From a virus (lineage: Duplodnaviria; Caudoviricetes), in IMG/VR virus record IMGVR_UViG_3300016484_000161, positions 1-29,782 of that record: a stretch of DNA of 29,782 nt, one strand, 5' to 3'. Position numbers and translations under genes: made by a program. The first letter of the stretch is position 1. The number at the start of each line of letters is the position of its first letter. Below are positions 1 through 9,354 of this stretch, piece by piece. The notes under the pieces were generated by a model. It was not told the origin of the DNA. It was given only the letters and a program-made list of their open reading frames with translations, and did no database searches.

Positions 1-1305
1 CCGACAGCTCCTCTTACCGCTATATCAGGTACAGGATTGCTCACCTGCCAGCAAGACGGTCTCGTAGATAACAGCGCAAACCATTACAACATCACGCCTT
101 ATGGCAACGCCGTAGCTACAGCGACAAGTCCGTTCTCAGCCACTCAGACCATGTTCACCACGGATGGTGGGTCGATGTATTTCGACGGGAGTGGGGATTA
201 CCTTTCTGGAACGACAAGCACAGGGATTGAATTCGGTACTGGTAATTTCACGGTAGAAGCGTGGGTCTATATGACTGCCAACGCTACAGGCAATTACAAC
301 ATGATTTTTGCCAGCGCCGGACTCAATATGTATTTCGGGGTTGTTTATGTCGGAACTGCCCCGGCTTATAGGCTAACGGCTTTCGATGGAACTACCGTTC
401 TTGAACAATCGACAGGCGCATCTTTTACGCTAAACACATGGACTCATGTTGCATGGGTGCGAAGCGGGACGACTTTTACGGCGTATCTAAACGGCACATC
501 CGTTTACAGTACGACAAACTCTAAAAACATCACGGGAACCACCGGATTTAGGGTTGGAAGCAGCCCGTCTTATGCTGGCTATATGTGGAACGGTTACCTC
601 TCAAACATCCGCATCGTTAAAGGCACAGCCGTTTATGTTGCTAACTTCACACCCCCAGCCACTCCGCTGACGACGATTGCCAACACCTCACTACTGCTTC
701 TTGGAAACGATGGAGCCATCTACGACAACGCCGTCCAGAACGATCTTGAAACCGTAGGCAACGCCAAGATCAGCACTTCTGTAGTGAAATACGGAACGGG
801 AAGTCTAGCATTTGATGGGACTGGGGATTCCTTGGTTCCTTCAACATCAAACCTTGGAGCGTTTGGCACGGGCGATTTCACGATTGAACTTTGGGTTTAC
901 TTCAATACGGTTGCATCCAATCAGGTTCTTCTGGACTTTAGGGCAGCTACGGCAGATATTGCTCCCGCGCTTTATCTAGGCGCTAGCGCAATCAAATGGT
1001 ATGTCTCATCGGCCGACCGAATAACAAGTTCCACAGTGAGCGCAACGACTTGGTATCACGTTGCTGTGACCCGCTCTAGTGGAAGCACAAAGTTGTTTAT
1101 CAACGGAACTCAAAGTGGATCTACCTACGCTGATACAAATGCCTATGTCGGCAAACCAGCGCGTCCGTGGATAGGGGCTTTGGCAGATGGAACAAGTCCA
1201 CCACTCGATCTTAACGGCTACATCGACGATCTCCGTATCACACCCGGAATAGCCCGTTACACATCCAATTTCACCCCGCCCACAGCGGCATTCCCGAATT
1301 ACTAG
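1..1305 (+). CDS. Tail fibre / receptor-binding protein with tandem LamG (concanavalin A-like) domains; 5' truncated
   Basis: Frame is open from base 1 (PTAPLTAISGTGLL...). Two similar units: GSMYFDGSGDYL..FGTGNFTVEAWVY..WTHVAWVRSG..GYLSNIRI and GSLAFDGTGDSL..FGTGDFTIELWVY..WYHVAVTRSSG..GYIDDLRIT..ARYTSNFTPP. Confidence 0.88.
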   Translation, partial: PTAPLTAISGTGLLTCQQDGLVDNSANHYNITPYGNAVATATSPFSATQTMFTTDGGSMYFDGSGDYLSGTTSTGIEFGTGNFTVEAWVYMTANATGNYNMIFASAGLNMYFGVVYVGTAPAYRLTAFDGTTVLEQSTGASFTLNTWTHVAWVRSGTTFTAYLNGTSVYSTTNSKNITGTTGFRVGSSPSYAGYMWNGYLSNIRIVKGTAVYVANFTPPATPLTTIANTSLLLLGNDGAIYDNAVQNDLETVGNAKISTSVVKYGTGSLAFDGTGDSLVPSTSNLGAFGTGDFTIELWVYFNTVASNQVLLDFRAATADIAPALYLGASAIKWYVSSADRITSSTVSATTWYHVAVTRSSGSTKLFINGTQSGSTYADTNAYVGKPARPWIGALADGTSPPLDLNGYIDDLRITPGIARYTSNFTPPTAAFPNY

Positions 1306-1313
1306 GAGTCACC

Positions 1314-1793
1314 ATGCTGATAGCACGTATTGATGGAGATCAGGTTCTTGAAATCGCGGATTACAGGGCGATGTTTCCTGATGTCAGTTTTCCTCAGTCT
1401 GGGCCGTCCAACGACTGGCTCGCGGCCAATTCATGCCTTCCGGTAACGGTTTACCTTCCTTACGATCAGGCAACACAGGTGCTGGCACCTGCCGATCCGT
1501 ACATCCTCGATGGGTACGTTTATACTGTCGTTGTACGGAATATGACCCCGGAAGAACAGGAAGCCTACGACAACAGCCTAAAAGCTCAGAATAAGACGCA
1601 AGCCACTTCCATGCTGGCTGCTACGGACTGGGTGGATGTACCTGCCGTATCGGACACTTCACTGTTCCCACATCTGACGAATAAGGCTGATTTCGATACT
1701 TACCGTCAAGCACTGAGGGTCATCGCTGTAACGCCACCTGTGGTCGTAGATCCGTGGCCGACTAAACCTGATGAAAACTGGGTAACACAATGA
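1314..1793 (+). CDS. Putative tail fibre assembly chaperone
   Basis: AGGAG SD upstream; directly follows the fibre gene. C-terminal L..TDW..VP...YRQALR.I...WP.KP is typical of phage tail assembly chaperones. Confidence 0.75.
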   Translation: MLIARIDGDQVLEIADYRAMFPDVSFPQSGPSNDWLAANSCLPVTVYLPYDQATQVLAPADPYILDGYVYTVVVRNMTPEEQEAYDNSLKAQNKTQATSMLAATDWVDVPAVSDTSLFPHLTNKADFDTYRQALRVIAVTPPVVVDPWPTKPDENWVTQ

Positions 1794-2206
1794 TCACAGC
1801 GAAAGACTGCCAGCTTAAATACGGCGATCCGTGGACTGAAAAGTTCATGGTGCTCTGGGACGTTCCGACTGAACTCGAACTGGGTGTGATCCCCAAGAAG
1901 ATTTACTGTAACAAGGATCTCGTGGGACCTTTGGAACGTGCTCTGCGCAATGTCATTCAGCGCAATCTGGTGGATCAGATCAAAACTTGGGACGGATGCT
2001 TCAACATCCGTAAGAAGCGTAGCGCGACTTCCATGTCCCTGCATTCTTGGGGGATCGCCATCGATATCAACGCGGCGTGGAACGGTTTCGGTAGAAAGCC
2101 TACGATGTCTCCTGAACTGGTAAAATGCTTTACAGACGCTGGTTTTGTTTGGGGCGGTACGTGGTCTAAGCCGGATGGAATGCATTTTGAACTATCGAGG
2201 ATTTAA
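1790..2206 (+). CDS. Endolysin, peptidase M15 family Zn peptidase
   Basis: SLHSWGIAIDIN (SxH...D) and WGGTW..PDGMHFE motifs of M15 cell-wall peptidases; ATGA overlap with the upstream gene. Confidence 0.9.
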   Translation: MITAKDCQLKYGDPWTEKFMVLWDVPTELELGVIPKKIYCNKDLVGPLERALRNVIQRNLVDQIKTWDGCFNIRKKRSATSMSLHSWGIAIDINAAWNGFGRKPTMSPELVKCFTDAGFVWGGTWSKPDGMHFELSRI

Positions 2207-2207
2207 C

Positions 2208-2381
2208 ATGAACGCACTGCGCTGGACTGCTGAACGGCTCAAAGAAGCAAATACGTGGTACGGGCTTTCAGCTATTCTCACCACGGTCGGCCTGAACGTA
2301 GACCCTGAGCTTTGGAAAGAAATCGTCTCTTTCGGAGTTGCTGCTGCAGGTCTCGTTGCTGTTGTGACTAAAGAAAAGTAA
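2208..2381 (+). CDS. Putative holin (57 aa)
   Basis: GAGG SD then ATG at 2208. Two hydrophobic segments (TWYGLSAILTTVGL and IVSFGVAAAGLVAVVT) and a charged C-terminus (KEK); adjacent to the endolysin. Confidence 0.7.
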   Translation: MNALRWTAERLKEANTWYGLSAILTTVGLNVDPELWKEIVSFGVAAAGLVAVVTKEK

Positions 2382-3017
2382 ATGTTCGGTTTAGGCCCGT
2401 TTTCATCAGCGCCTTTTTCGGCGCTTCCGGTTACAACCGCATCGGTTGCGATCCATGTTACGGGGCAGGCTCTCACACTCACCCAGCATAGCGTTAATGC
2501 CGGGTTTTATGTCACGGTTCAGGTTCAGCATCAGGCGCTGACAACTGCTCAGAACTCCGTTACCGCTACGGCTGCGGCAAAATTCTTACCCACAAGGCAG
2601 TCGCTAACGGCGACTCCGCACAGCGTTACGGTAGGAAGTACGGCCAATGTATCGGTCACAGGACAAAATCTGACCCTAACGCAGCATAGCCCCTCTGTCT
2701 TCGCTGCGGCTAATTTCACAGCCACTGGGCAAGCGCTCGCGCTAACTGAACATAGCGTTGATGTTTCAGTCCCTATTTATGTGAATGTGATTGGGCAGGC
2801 GCTGACCCTTACAGCGCATTCGGTTTCGACGACGGCTACAGCCACAGTGCAGGCCGCAGGACAGCAGATGCACGCTTATGTGCATGGACCCAAGTTCTGG
2901 TTTAACATTGACACAGATCAGACGGCGAATTGGGTTAACGTGAATACCGCGCAGAGCGCTGGCTGGACGGATGTAAACACCGCGCAGAACCCCAACTGGA
3001 CTGACGTAATAACCTAG
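2382..3017 (+). CDS. Virion/tail-associated repeat protein
   Basis: N-terminus MFGLGPFSSAPFSAL; about seven 22-aa repeats (VTGQALTLTQHSV-like) and four Trp-anchored C-terminal repeats with 11-aa spacing; lies in the tail module. Confidence 0.7.
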   Translation: MFGLGPFSSAPFSALPVTTASVAIHVTGQALTLTQHSVNAGFYVTVQVQHQALTTAQNSVTATAAAKFLPTRQSLTATPHSVTVGSTANVSVTGQNLTLTQHSPSVFAAANFTATGQALALTEHSVDVSVPIYVNVIGQALTLTAHSVSTTATATVQAAGQQMHAYVHGPKFWFNIDTDQTANWVNVNTAQSAGWTDVNTAQNPNWTDVIT

Positions 3018-3026
3018 AGATCCACC

Positions 3027-3869
3027 ATGTCTTCTACATACTCTACAAATCTTGGCCTTGAGCTCATTGGTAACGGCGACCAAACCAATACGTGGGGTAC
3101 GACGACCAACGCTAACTTGGGAACCTTGCTCGAACAGGCCATTACCGGGGTCGTATCCGTCGATGTCACCGCGGGGGACGTAACGCTAGTAGCCTTAGAC
3201 GGTGCTTCAGATCAAGCCCGCAACATGGTGATTGATGTTACGGGAACTCCCGGCACTGCTAGGGTTGTAAAGTGCCCTAACGGAAAGAGTAAAATATACA
3301 TTGTCGCCAATAATTCTAGTCACGACGTTACTTTTCAGACAGTTTCAGGTTCGACCTATTCTGTAATTGTTCCAGTAGGCTGTGCAAAACTCATTTATTG
3401 TGATGGTACGTTTACTTGGGAAGGGGTAAACGCCGCAGATTCTCTGACCCTTGGTGGAGACCCTGTGCTTTCTCTAGAGGCTGCCACTAAGCAATATGTA
3501 GACACGACAGTCAGCACTGCGCCTACGATCACCAGCCTTCGAGAAGTAAAGACAGCCCCGTCAATTTCTGCTGGTACGCTGACTCTGAACTGCTCTAATG
3601 GAAACGTCTTTGCTGTGAGCATGAACGCCAACGTGACAACGCTGGCCTTTTCCAACATACCCTCCTCAGGTAAGGCCTACAGTTTGACATTGGCTCTGAC
3701 AGCTGATGGAACGCAGCGCACCTTTTCTTGGGGGAGCTCTATTAAATGGGGCAGCGGTGGCACGCCGACGTTGACTTACACACCTTCTGGTAAGGTGGAC
3801 ATTTTTGTGTTGACGACTTGGGATGGCGGTACCACTTGGTATGCCTTTACCGCTGGACAGAACCTATGA
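3027..3869 (+). CDS. Putative tail fibre / fibre adaptor protein
   Basis: N-terminus STYSTNLGLELIGNGDQTNTWG; EAATKQYVD fibre motif; C-terminal beta domain (IKWGSGGTPTLT..GKVDIFVLTTWDGGTTWY). Confidence 0.7.
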   Translation: MSSTYSTNLGLELIGNGDQTNTWGTTTNANLGTLLEQAITGVVSVDVTAGDVTLVALDGASDQARNMVIDVTGTPGTARVVKCPNGKSKIYIVANNSSHDVTFQTVSGSTYSVIVPVGCAKLIYCDGTFTWEGVNAADSLTLGGDPVLSLEAATKQYVDTTVSTAPTITSLREVKTAPSISAGTLTLNCSNGNVFAVSMNANVTTLAFSNIPSSGKAYSLTLALTADGTQRTFSWGSSIKWGSGGTPTLTYTPSGKVDIFVLTTWDGGTTWYAFTAGQNL

Positions 3870-4918
3870 CCGTAGAGCGCAACCTCATTGAGGGTAGTAG
3901 CTACAAGACTGCGTTTGTTGGGAAGGCTGGTAGTGTTAGGGCGTACACATGGTCTAGTTCGGCCGGGTTTGGTGTGCTCTATCCGTCTGGGGGCTCCCTA
4001 AGTGCTTGGTCAGCGTTTTCTCCAAAAGGAAATGCTATAGTTTCAGCGGATAATAGCTCGACACCAAGCGGAACCGCGGTTATTTCTGTCACTGTATGGA
4101 CACCCTTTGGGTTCGGTTCCTCCACGACGGGTTCCATACCGGGCCCAACTAGCGGACAGACACAGCCCTACGGAGTAGCATTTTCACCCTCCGGCGCTTC
4201 TGTTGCCATAGCTGCAAGACAAATTTTTGGTAGCTCACCTCCTCCGGGAGTCTTTGCCTTTCCGTGGTCGAGCGTGTCTGGAGTAGGTACGCGATTCTCT
4301 AACCCGAGCACACTTCCTAGTGGCATTACTTCCTGCTGGTGTGTCGCTTTTTCTCCGGCGGGAGACGCCATTGCTGTAGGGTATAGCGGTGGGTTTGCTG
4401 TCTACGCATGGTCGGATAGCACAGGGTTTGGAGCTAAATACAGTGATCCATCTGGAATGCCCTCTGGAAATGCCGTAGGAGTCGCTTTTACTCCTTCAGC
4501 GGATGCCATTATGTTTGTCAGCGGAGGCGATATTTACGCTTACCAGTGGAACAGTTCAACCGGATTCGGAACCAAGTACACGTCGCCATTGTCTAGCCCA
4601 ACGGCGAGCGGATCTATAGACATCTCCCCCGACGGAAGAGCAGTGGTTATCGCTGGAGGACCAACTTCTGGAATAACAGCATACCCTTGGACTTATTCAG
4701 GCGGTTTTGGAACTAAGTTCTCTGACCCAGCAACATCTCCCTCGGGCCCGAACACTGTAAAGTTTGCTCCAGACAATGGCGCTGTCATGGCTGCTAATGG
4801 CTACCCCGGCACGCCAAATGCCTATCAATTCAGCACGGCTACAGGGTTTGGGTCGTCCATTACGGTGCCCAGTACGCTGAACAGCTTAAATTACGGGTTC
4901 GCCTTTACACCTAAATAA
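3866..4918 (+). CDS. Seven-bladed beta-propeller (WD40/YVTN-like) protein, probable receptor-binding component
   Basis: Probable start is the ATG at 3866 (ATGA overlap). Seven repeats of AYxWsxxxGFGxKy/fsdP...VAFSPxGxA. Confidence 0.78.
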   Translation: MTVERNLIEGSSYKTAFVGKAGSVRAYTWSSSAGFGVLYPSGGSLSAWSAFSPKGNAIVSADNSSTPSGTAVISVTVWTPFGFGSSTTGSIPGPTSGQTQPYGVAFSPSGASVAIAARQIFGSSPPPGVFAFPWSSVSGVGTRFSNPSTLPSGITSCWCVAFSPAGDAIAVGYSGGFAVYAWSDSTGFGAKYSDPSGMPSGNAVGVAFTPSADAIMFVSGGDIYAYQWNSSTGFGTKYTSPLSSPTASGSIDISPDGRAVVIAGGPTSGITAYPWTYSGGFGTKFSDPATSPSGPNTVKFAPDNGAVMAANGYPGTPNAYQFSTATGFGSSITVPSTLNSLNYGFAFTPK

Positions 4919-4930
4919 CGAGAGTTAGCG

Positions 4931-5416
4931 ATGTACGTTAAAATAGAAAGAGACAAGGTCGTTAAGTTTCCCTACGCGCTGACTGACCTCATAGTGGACA
5001 ATCCTTATGTAAGTTTTCCGTCTAATATCTCTGATGAGATCGCCGCGGACTTCGGAGTCTTTCCCGTAGAAAGTGACAAAGAGCCTGTCTATGACTCGGC
5101 TACGCAGTTCTTAAAAGCAGGGAAGTTGTATGACGAAAGCGGAAGATGGAAGCACGAGTGGGAAATTGTCGACATTAGCGAAGAAACTCTAGCCCTTCGA
5201 GCTGCTATTCAGTCCGACAATGACCGACGCATGGCGAAGGCCCTTCTGTCTGAGACTGACTGGGTAGAACTTCCTTCTGTCGTATCGGGTAACGGATTAT
5301 CACTTTTGAATAAATCAGACTTTGATTTGTTCAGAGCACAGCTCCGCGCAATCGTCGTTACCAAAAACCCCGAGCTTGTCATGCCGAACAAGCCCGATCC
5401 CGAATGGTCTGCTTAA
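4931..5416 (+). CDS. Second putative tail fibre assembly chaperone (paralogue of 1314-1793)
   Basis: Shares P.VSFP, YD.ATQ.L, L..TDWV..P.V, L.NK.DFD..R..LR.I and P.KPD..W with the 1314-1793 product. Confidence 0.75.
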   Translation: MYVKIERDKVVKFPYALTDLIVDNPYVSFPSNISDEIAADFGVFPVESDKEPVYDSATQFLKAGKLYDESGRWKHEWEIVDISEETLALRAAIQSDNDRRMAKALLSETDWVELPSVVSGNGLSLLNKSDFDLFRAQLRAIVVTKNPELVMPNKPDPEWSA

Positions 5417-5428
5417 CACAGGTGCGGC

Positions 5429-7939
5429 ATGGCTGAACAAAAGTTACAAGTCCTGCAGTTTAGGCCGGGAGTTAACCGGGAAGGTACGTCTTACTCAGGC
5501 GAGGGCGGCTGGTACGCTTGTGACAAAATAAGATTTCGCTCCGGCCTACCTGAAAAGCTTGGTGGGTGGGTGACGTATGGGTCTGGTGAATACTTAGGAA
5601 CGTGTAGGCATTACGCTGAATGGGTGTCGCTTACCAGCTACTATTTGCTCGCTGTAGGTACGAACCTAAAGTATTACATATTAACAGGCAATAAATACTA
5701 CGACATTACGCCTATACGTGTAGTAAATGATCCACTGTCTAACAATCCTTTTTATCCTATTTATGGGTCTCTAGCGGCTGATATTTCAGCATCAGACACC
5801 ACTATTACTGTAAGCTCAGGCACGACGTTTACTCGCGTAACACCCTACGTCATTACGATCGGCGCAGAAGACATATATGTAGGAAGCGCGGCTGGTGTCA
5901 CATTGTCAAACTGTGTGCGTGGGTACAACGGCACTACCGCTTCGACACACTCGTCAAGCGCTACTATTGCTAGTAAGTGGCTAGTTCTTCAAGACTCAGC
6001 CAACGGTGCGTCTGTAAATGACTTCGTAACATTCTCCAACGCTACTAGTTTTGGTCCCTATACTCCAGCCAGCACTTATCTCAATATCGAATATCAGATT
6101 AAAGCTGCTAATTCTGGGTACATCGCCTTCGATACTGGAGTTTTGTCTACGTCAACGACCAACGGCGGTGGCGCCGTGGTTAGCGCGGCTTACCAAATTA
6201 CTACCGGGTCTGCGTCTACGATAACTCTGGGTGGTTGGGGCGCAGGACCTTGGCCGGCGGCAGTCTTATCCTCTGGTTCGTCAACACTATCTAGCACGAT
6301 CAGCTCTACTACTACATCCATAACTTTGGCCTCGACCTCTGGTTTTGCGGCCTCCGGCTACGTGCTCATCGACGCTGAGCTCATCGCCTACTCTGCGATT
6401 GTTGGGTCTACATTAACGGTATCTGCGAGAGGAGCTGCGGGGACCTCAGCTACAGGTCACATGGCTGGAATTGCCGTTAATGGAGCTACTTACACCGCGG
6501 CTACACGAGGATGGAACACCGGGTACACGGTGTCCGGGATCGAGAGTGCCCTTCGGCTATGGTCTGCGAGTAACTATGGGCAGAACTTATTTTTCAATCC
6601 TAGAAATGGAGGAATTTATTTTTGGGACGCGTCCACAAGTCTTAGCGCCGGCGGCTCTGTAACTGGCCGAGGGATTGACATTACGAGCACAACTTTTTCT
6701 GATGTTGGCGCCGGGTTCATTGTCGTAGGGAACTACTACAAAATTCGAACTGTTGGTTCGACCAACTTTGTAGCGATCGGAGCTTCCAGCAACACTGTAG
6801 GTGTCGAGTTTGTTGCCACAGGTGTAGGTACTGGGACTGGGGTTGTCTATGATCCGGCCACTCCGTCTGTGGCTGCTTGCGTTGTTGCGACTGATGAGCG
6901 ACACGTAATTGCCTATGGGTGTAATGACTATATCACTACGGGCCCTTTGCAAGATCCTATGTACATCGCTTGGTGTGAGCAGGAGCAGCCTCAGGTATGG
7001 TACCCAACAGCCACAAATACGGCTGGTAGCTACAGGCTTACATACGGAAGCAGGATCGTTACGGCGGTCAGAACAAGGCAAGAAATTCTCGTATTTACAG
7101 ACACGGCTTTGTACTCACAGCAGTATTTAGGCGCTCCCTACATCTACGGGTTCAACCAAATTTCAGTAGACATCACTATTGTTAGCCCAAACGCGGCAAC
7201 AACGACAAACGGTGTTACTTATTGGATGGGCCAAGATAAATTTTACATGTACTCTGGTCGTGTAGACACTCTCCCATGCGCGCTTAGGCAGTACGTGTTT
7301 GACGACATAAACACATCGCAGTGGGACCAAGTCTATTGCGGAACAAATGAGAAGTACAACGAAGTTTGGTGGCTGTACCCGTCTGCTGGGTCATCTATCA
7401 ACGACCGCTACGTAGTGTACAACTACCTTGAAAACCTATGGTTCTACGGAACCATAGAGCGGACCGCGTGGTTTGACTCTCATATCATCGGTAATCCGAT
7501 AGCAGCTACTGGGAACATAACTGTTCAGCATGAGTCTGGAGCGGACGACGGCTCTGTAAATCCTCCTCAGGCTATTGATGCCTACATCGAAACATCCGAC
7601 TTTGACATTGGAGAAGGCGGCTATCAATATTCTTTTGTCAAGAGACTCATACCAGACATTGATTTTATTGGGTCGGCTACAACGACTCCAACGGTAACAA
7701 TGACTCTCACCGCTCGTGACTATCCGGGTCAGCCTTATGCCGGTACGAGCTCCAAACAGAATGCGCCGGCCACAGTAAACGGGACGGACTACTCAACTCA
7801 GGTCTACGGCTACACGGAGCAAGTTTGGATTCGCCTGCGTGGCAGGCAGCTGGTGTTCAGAGTAGAATCAGATCAACTTGGAACGCGCTGGCAGCTGGGT
7901 AATCCGCGCATCGAAATACAGCCAGACGGACGACGGTAG
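5429..7939 (+). CDS. Tail nozzle / head-stabilisation-like protein (podovirus tubular B / P22 gp10-like) with inserted beta domains
   Basis: 836 aa, beta-rich. N-terminus L.FRPGVNRE...RFRSGLPEKLGGW, central YWMGQDKFYMYSG..LPC and NEVWWLYPS, C-terminus RLRGRQ..FRVES...WQLG.PR....PDGRR. Sits between fibre and internal-protein genes. Family assignment is an inference. Confidence 0.68.
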   Translation: MAEQKLQVLQFRPGVNREGTSYSGEGGWYACDKIRFRSGLPEKLGGWVTYGSGEYLGTCRHYAEWVSLTSYYLLAVGTNLKYYILTGNKYYDITPIRVVNDPLSNNPFYPIYGSLAADISASDTTITVSSGTTFTRVTPYVITIGAEDIYVGSAAGVTLSNCVRGYNGTTASTHSSSATIASKWLVLQDSANGASVNDFVTFSNATSFGPYTPASTYLNIEYQIKAANSGYIAFDTGVLSTSTTNGGGAVVSAAYQITTGSASTITLGGWGAGPWPAAVLSSGSSTLSSTISSTTTSITLASTSGFAASGYVLIDAELIAYSAIVGSTLTVSARGAAGTSATGHMAGIAVNGATYTAATRGWNTGYTVSGIESALRLWSASNYGQNLFFNPRNGGIYFWDASTSLSAGGSVTGRGIDITSTTFSDVGAGFIVVGNYYKIRTVGSTNFVAIGASSNTVGVEFVATGVGTGTGVVYDPATPSVAACVVATDERHVIAYGCNDYITTGPLQDPMYIAWCEQEQPQVWYPTATNTAGSYRLTYGSRIVTAVRTRQEILVFTDTALYSQQYLGAPYIYGFNQISVDITIVSPNAATTTNGVTYWMGQDKFYMYSGRVDTLPCALRQYVFDDINTSQWDQVYCGTNEKYNEVWWLYPSAGSSINDRYVVYNYLENLWFYGTIERTAWFDSHIIGNPIAATGNITVQHESGADDGSVNPPQAIDAYIETSDFDIGEGGYQYSFVKRLIPDIDFIGSATTTPTVTMTLTARDYPGQPYAGTSSKQNAPATVNGTDYSTQVYGYTEQVWIRLRGRQLVFRVESDQLGTRWQLGNPRIEIQPDGRR

Positions 7940-7953
7940 AGGGAGAAGCATAG

Positions 7954-8271
7954 ATGGCGGTTAAAAGCGGAGTTGCGATTTCAGCGGTTTTGCCACTGCC
8001 GCCTATGGAGTACGACGTCAATTACATGAATAATTTGATCCGTATTCTGAACTTTTTTATTCAGCAAGTTCAGTCTCCCAGCTTGGTCAAGGGGAATGCT
8101 CTAACCATAGAGGACAGAGACCAAAGCACTAAGTTGACGGTTAACCCGAGTGACCTAAAGGATCTTCTGGTTGTCATTGCTACTAATCTACCGACGTCTT
8201 CATCCGGGCTGTCATCTGGGCAATTATGGGTGGATACCGCGTCTGGGAATGTGTTAAAGATCGTGCCCTAG
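7954..8271 (+). CDS. Small virion-associated protein
   Basis: GAGGGAG SD. LPLPP.EYD..YM..L.R.L..F N-terminus and LPTS..GL..GQLWVD...VLKIV C-terminus, a pattern I recall after nozzle genes in environmental podoviruses. Confidence 0.65.
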   Translation: MAVKSGVAISAVLPLPPMEYDVNYMNNLIRILNFFIQQVQSPSLVKGNALTIEDRDQSTKLTVNPSDLKDLLVVIATNLPTSSSGLSSGQLWVDTASGNVLKIVP

Positions 8272-8280
8272 GAGGCAATC

Positions 8281-9354
8281 ATGACTTACGGACCTCTTTC
8301 TTCTGCGGCTAACATCGGCACCTCGATGCTCAGCACTTATGCTGCTCCAGCGATTGAAGACTATTTATCTGGAGCTATTGACTCTCCTTGGCTGCGAAAA
8401 GCCTTAGCTGCAGGGATTCCTGCTTTAGCTGCGGGTGGGATTGGCGCTGCGACAAGCGGCGACAAATATGGCTGGATGAATGCGCTACCTGCTGGAATTA
8501 TGGGGGCAATGAGTCTTCCGGGAGATCACGGTAACGCAGCGCAGCTGACTGAAGCCAAGCGTACGATCTCTGACGCGGACCCCTCGTCAATTACCAAAGG
8601 TCAGAAGCTGGGTGCTGATACCAACGCTATTAAGCAATACGGAGGTATGCCCTCAACCGAGGATGTATTCAAAACTCCAGACATTCTCAAGGCTGCGAGC
8701 AAGTCTGAGACTCCGGCGGGTGACACAGCAAAAGCCTCTACCTCTGGCGGAAGCGACGATGTAAGCGGCATCTTCGGTAAGCTGATGAGCACGCCTGAAG
8801 GGAAGATGATGGTCGCCATGATGCTGGGCAATACCTTCTCCGGGCTCGCTACGACCTCTGGAACGGACGCTTACTACAACAAGCTGAACCGTCAGACTAA
8901 CCAAGCTAACGCCCTCGTCGGCCAACAACAACGGGCTTACATCAACAAGTCCCTTGGCTATGCTCTGGGTGGGCCAGTAAATCCAACAGTTGTCCGAGAC
9001 CCAGCGCACATGTATCCGCAGTCAATGATGCCCAGAGCAGACAGGAGGATGGGAGCATCTCAGGTAAGAAGAGAAGTTGTAACGCCTCCGACTCAGTTTA
9101 AGCATGGCGAGCTGGTGGGCCCGGGCGATGGCATGTCAGACTCAATCCCCGCTAACATTGATGGTAAGCGTAAGGCCAAGGTCGCTACGGGTGAATACGT
9201 AGTGCCGAGAGAAGCGGCTGAAAAGTATGGCGACAAGCTCAACAAGATAATGAAAGCGGTACGCGCCGCGGCCCACCCGAAGAAGGGTGAGCAGGTTAAG
9301 CAGGACGCGGCCAAGCGCGAGTTCATCCGTCAGATGTCTGGAGTCAAGGCGTGA
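8281..9354 (+). CDS. Putative internal virion (ejection) protein
   Basis: AGGAGG SD; Gly/Ala-rich hydrophobic N-terminus; YALGGPV motif; C-terminal GPGDGMSDSIPA...GEYVVP domain. Confidence 0.62.
   Translation: MTYGPLSSAANIGTSMLSTYAAPAIEDYLSGAIDSPWLRKALAAGIPALAAGGIGAATSGDKYGWMNALPAGIMGAMSLPGDHGNAAQLTEAKRTISDADPSSITKGQKLGADTNAIKQYGGMPSTEDVFKTPDILKAASKSETPAGDTAKASTSGGSDDVSGIFGKLMSTPEGKMMVAMMLGNTFSGLATTSGTDAYYNKLNRQTNQANALVGQQQRAYINKSLGYALGGPVNPTVVRDPAHMYPQSMMPRADRRMGASQVRREVVTPPTQFKHGELVGPGDGMSDSIPANIDGKRKAKVATGEYVVPREAAEKYGDKLNKIMKAVRAAAHPKKGEQVKQDAAKREFIRQMSGVKA

Noticed and set aside
1-1305. Diversity-generating retroelement targeting the fibre
   Set aside because: No reverse transcriptase or template/variable repeat pair seen; the LamG units are diverged protein repeats.
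1706-2185. 159-aa antisense ORF over the endolysin (considered as a spanin or antiholin)
   Set aside because: No lipobox or transmembrane segment, and on the wrong strand for the module.
3195-5026. Partial matches to the palindrome (TTAGACGGT at 3195; CCGTCTAAT at 5018)
   Set aside because: Only one intact half-site each; 9-mers can occur by chance.
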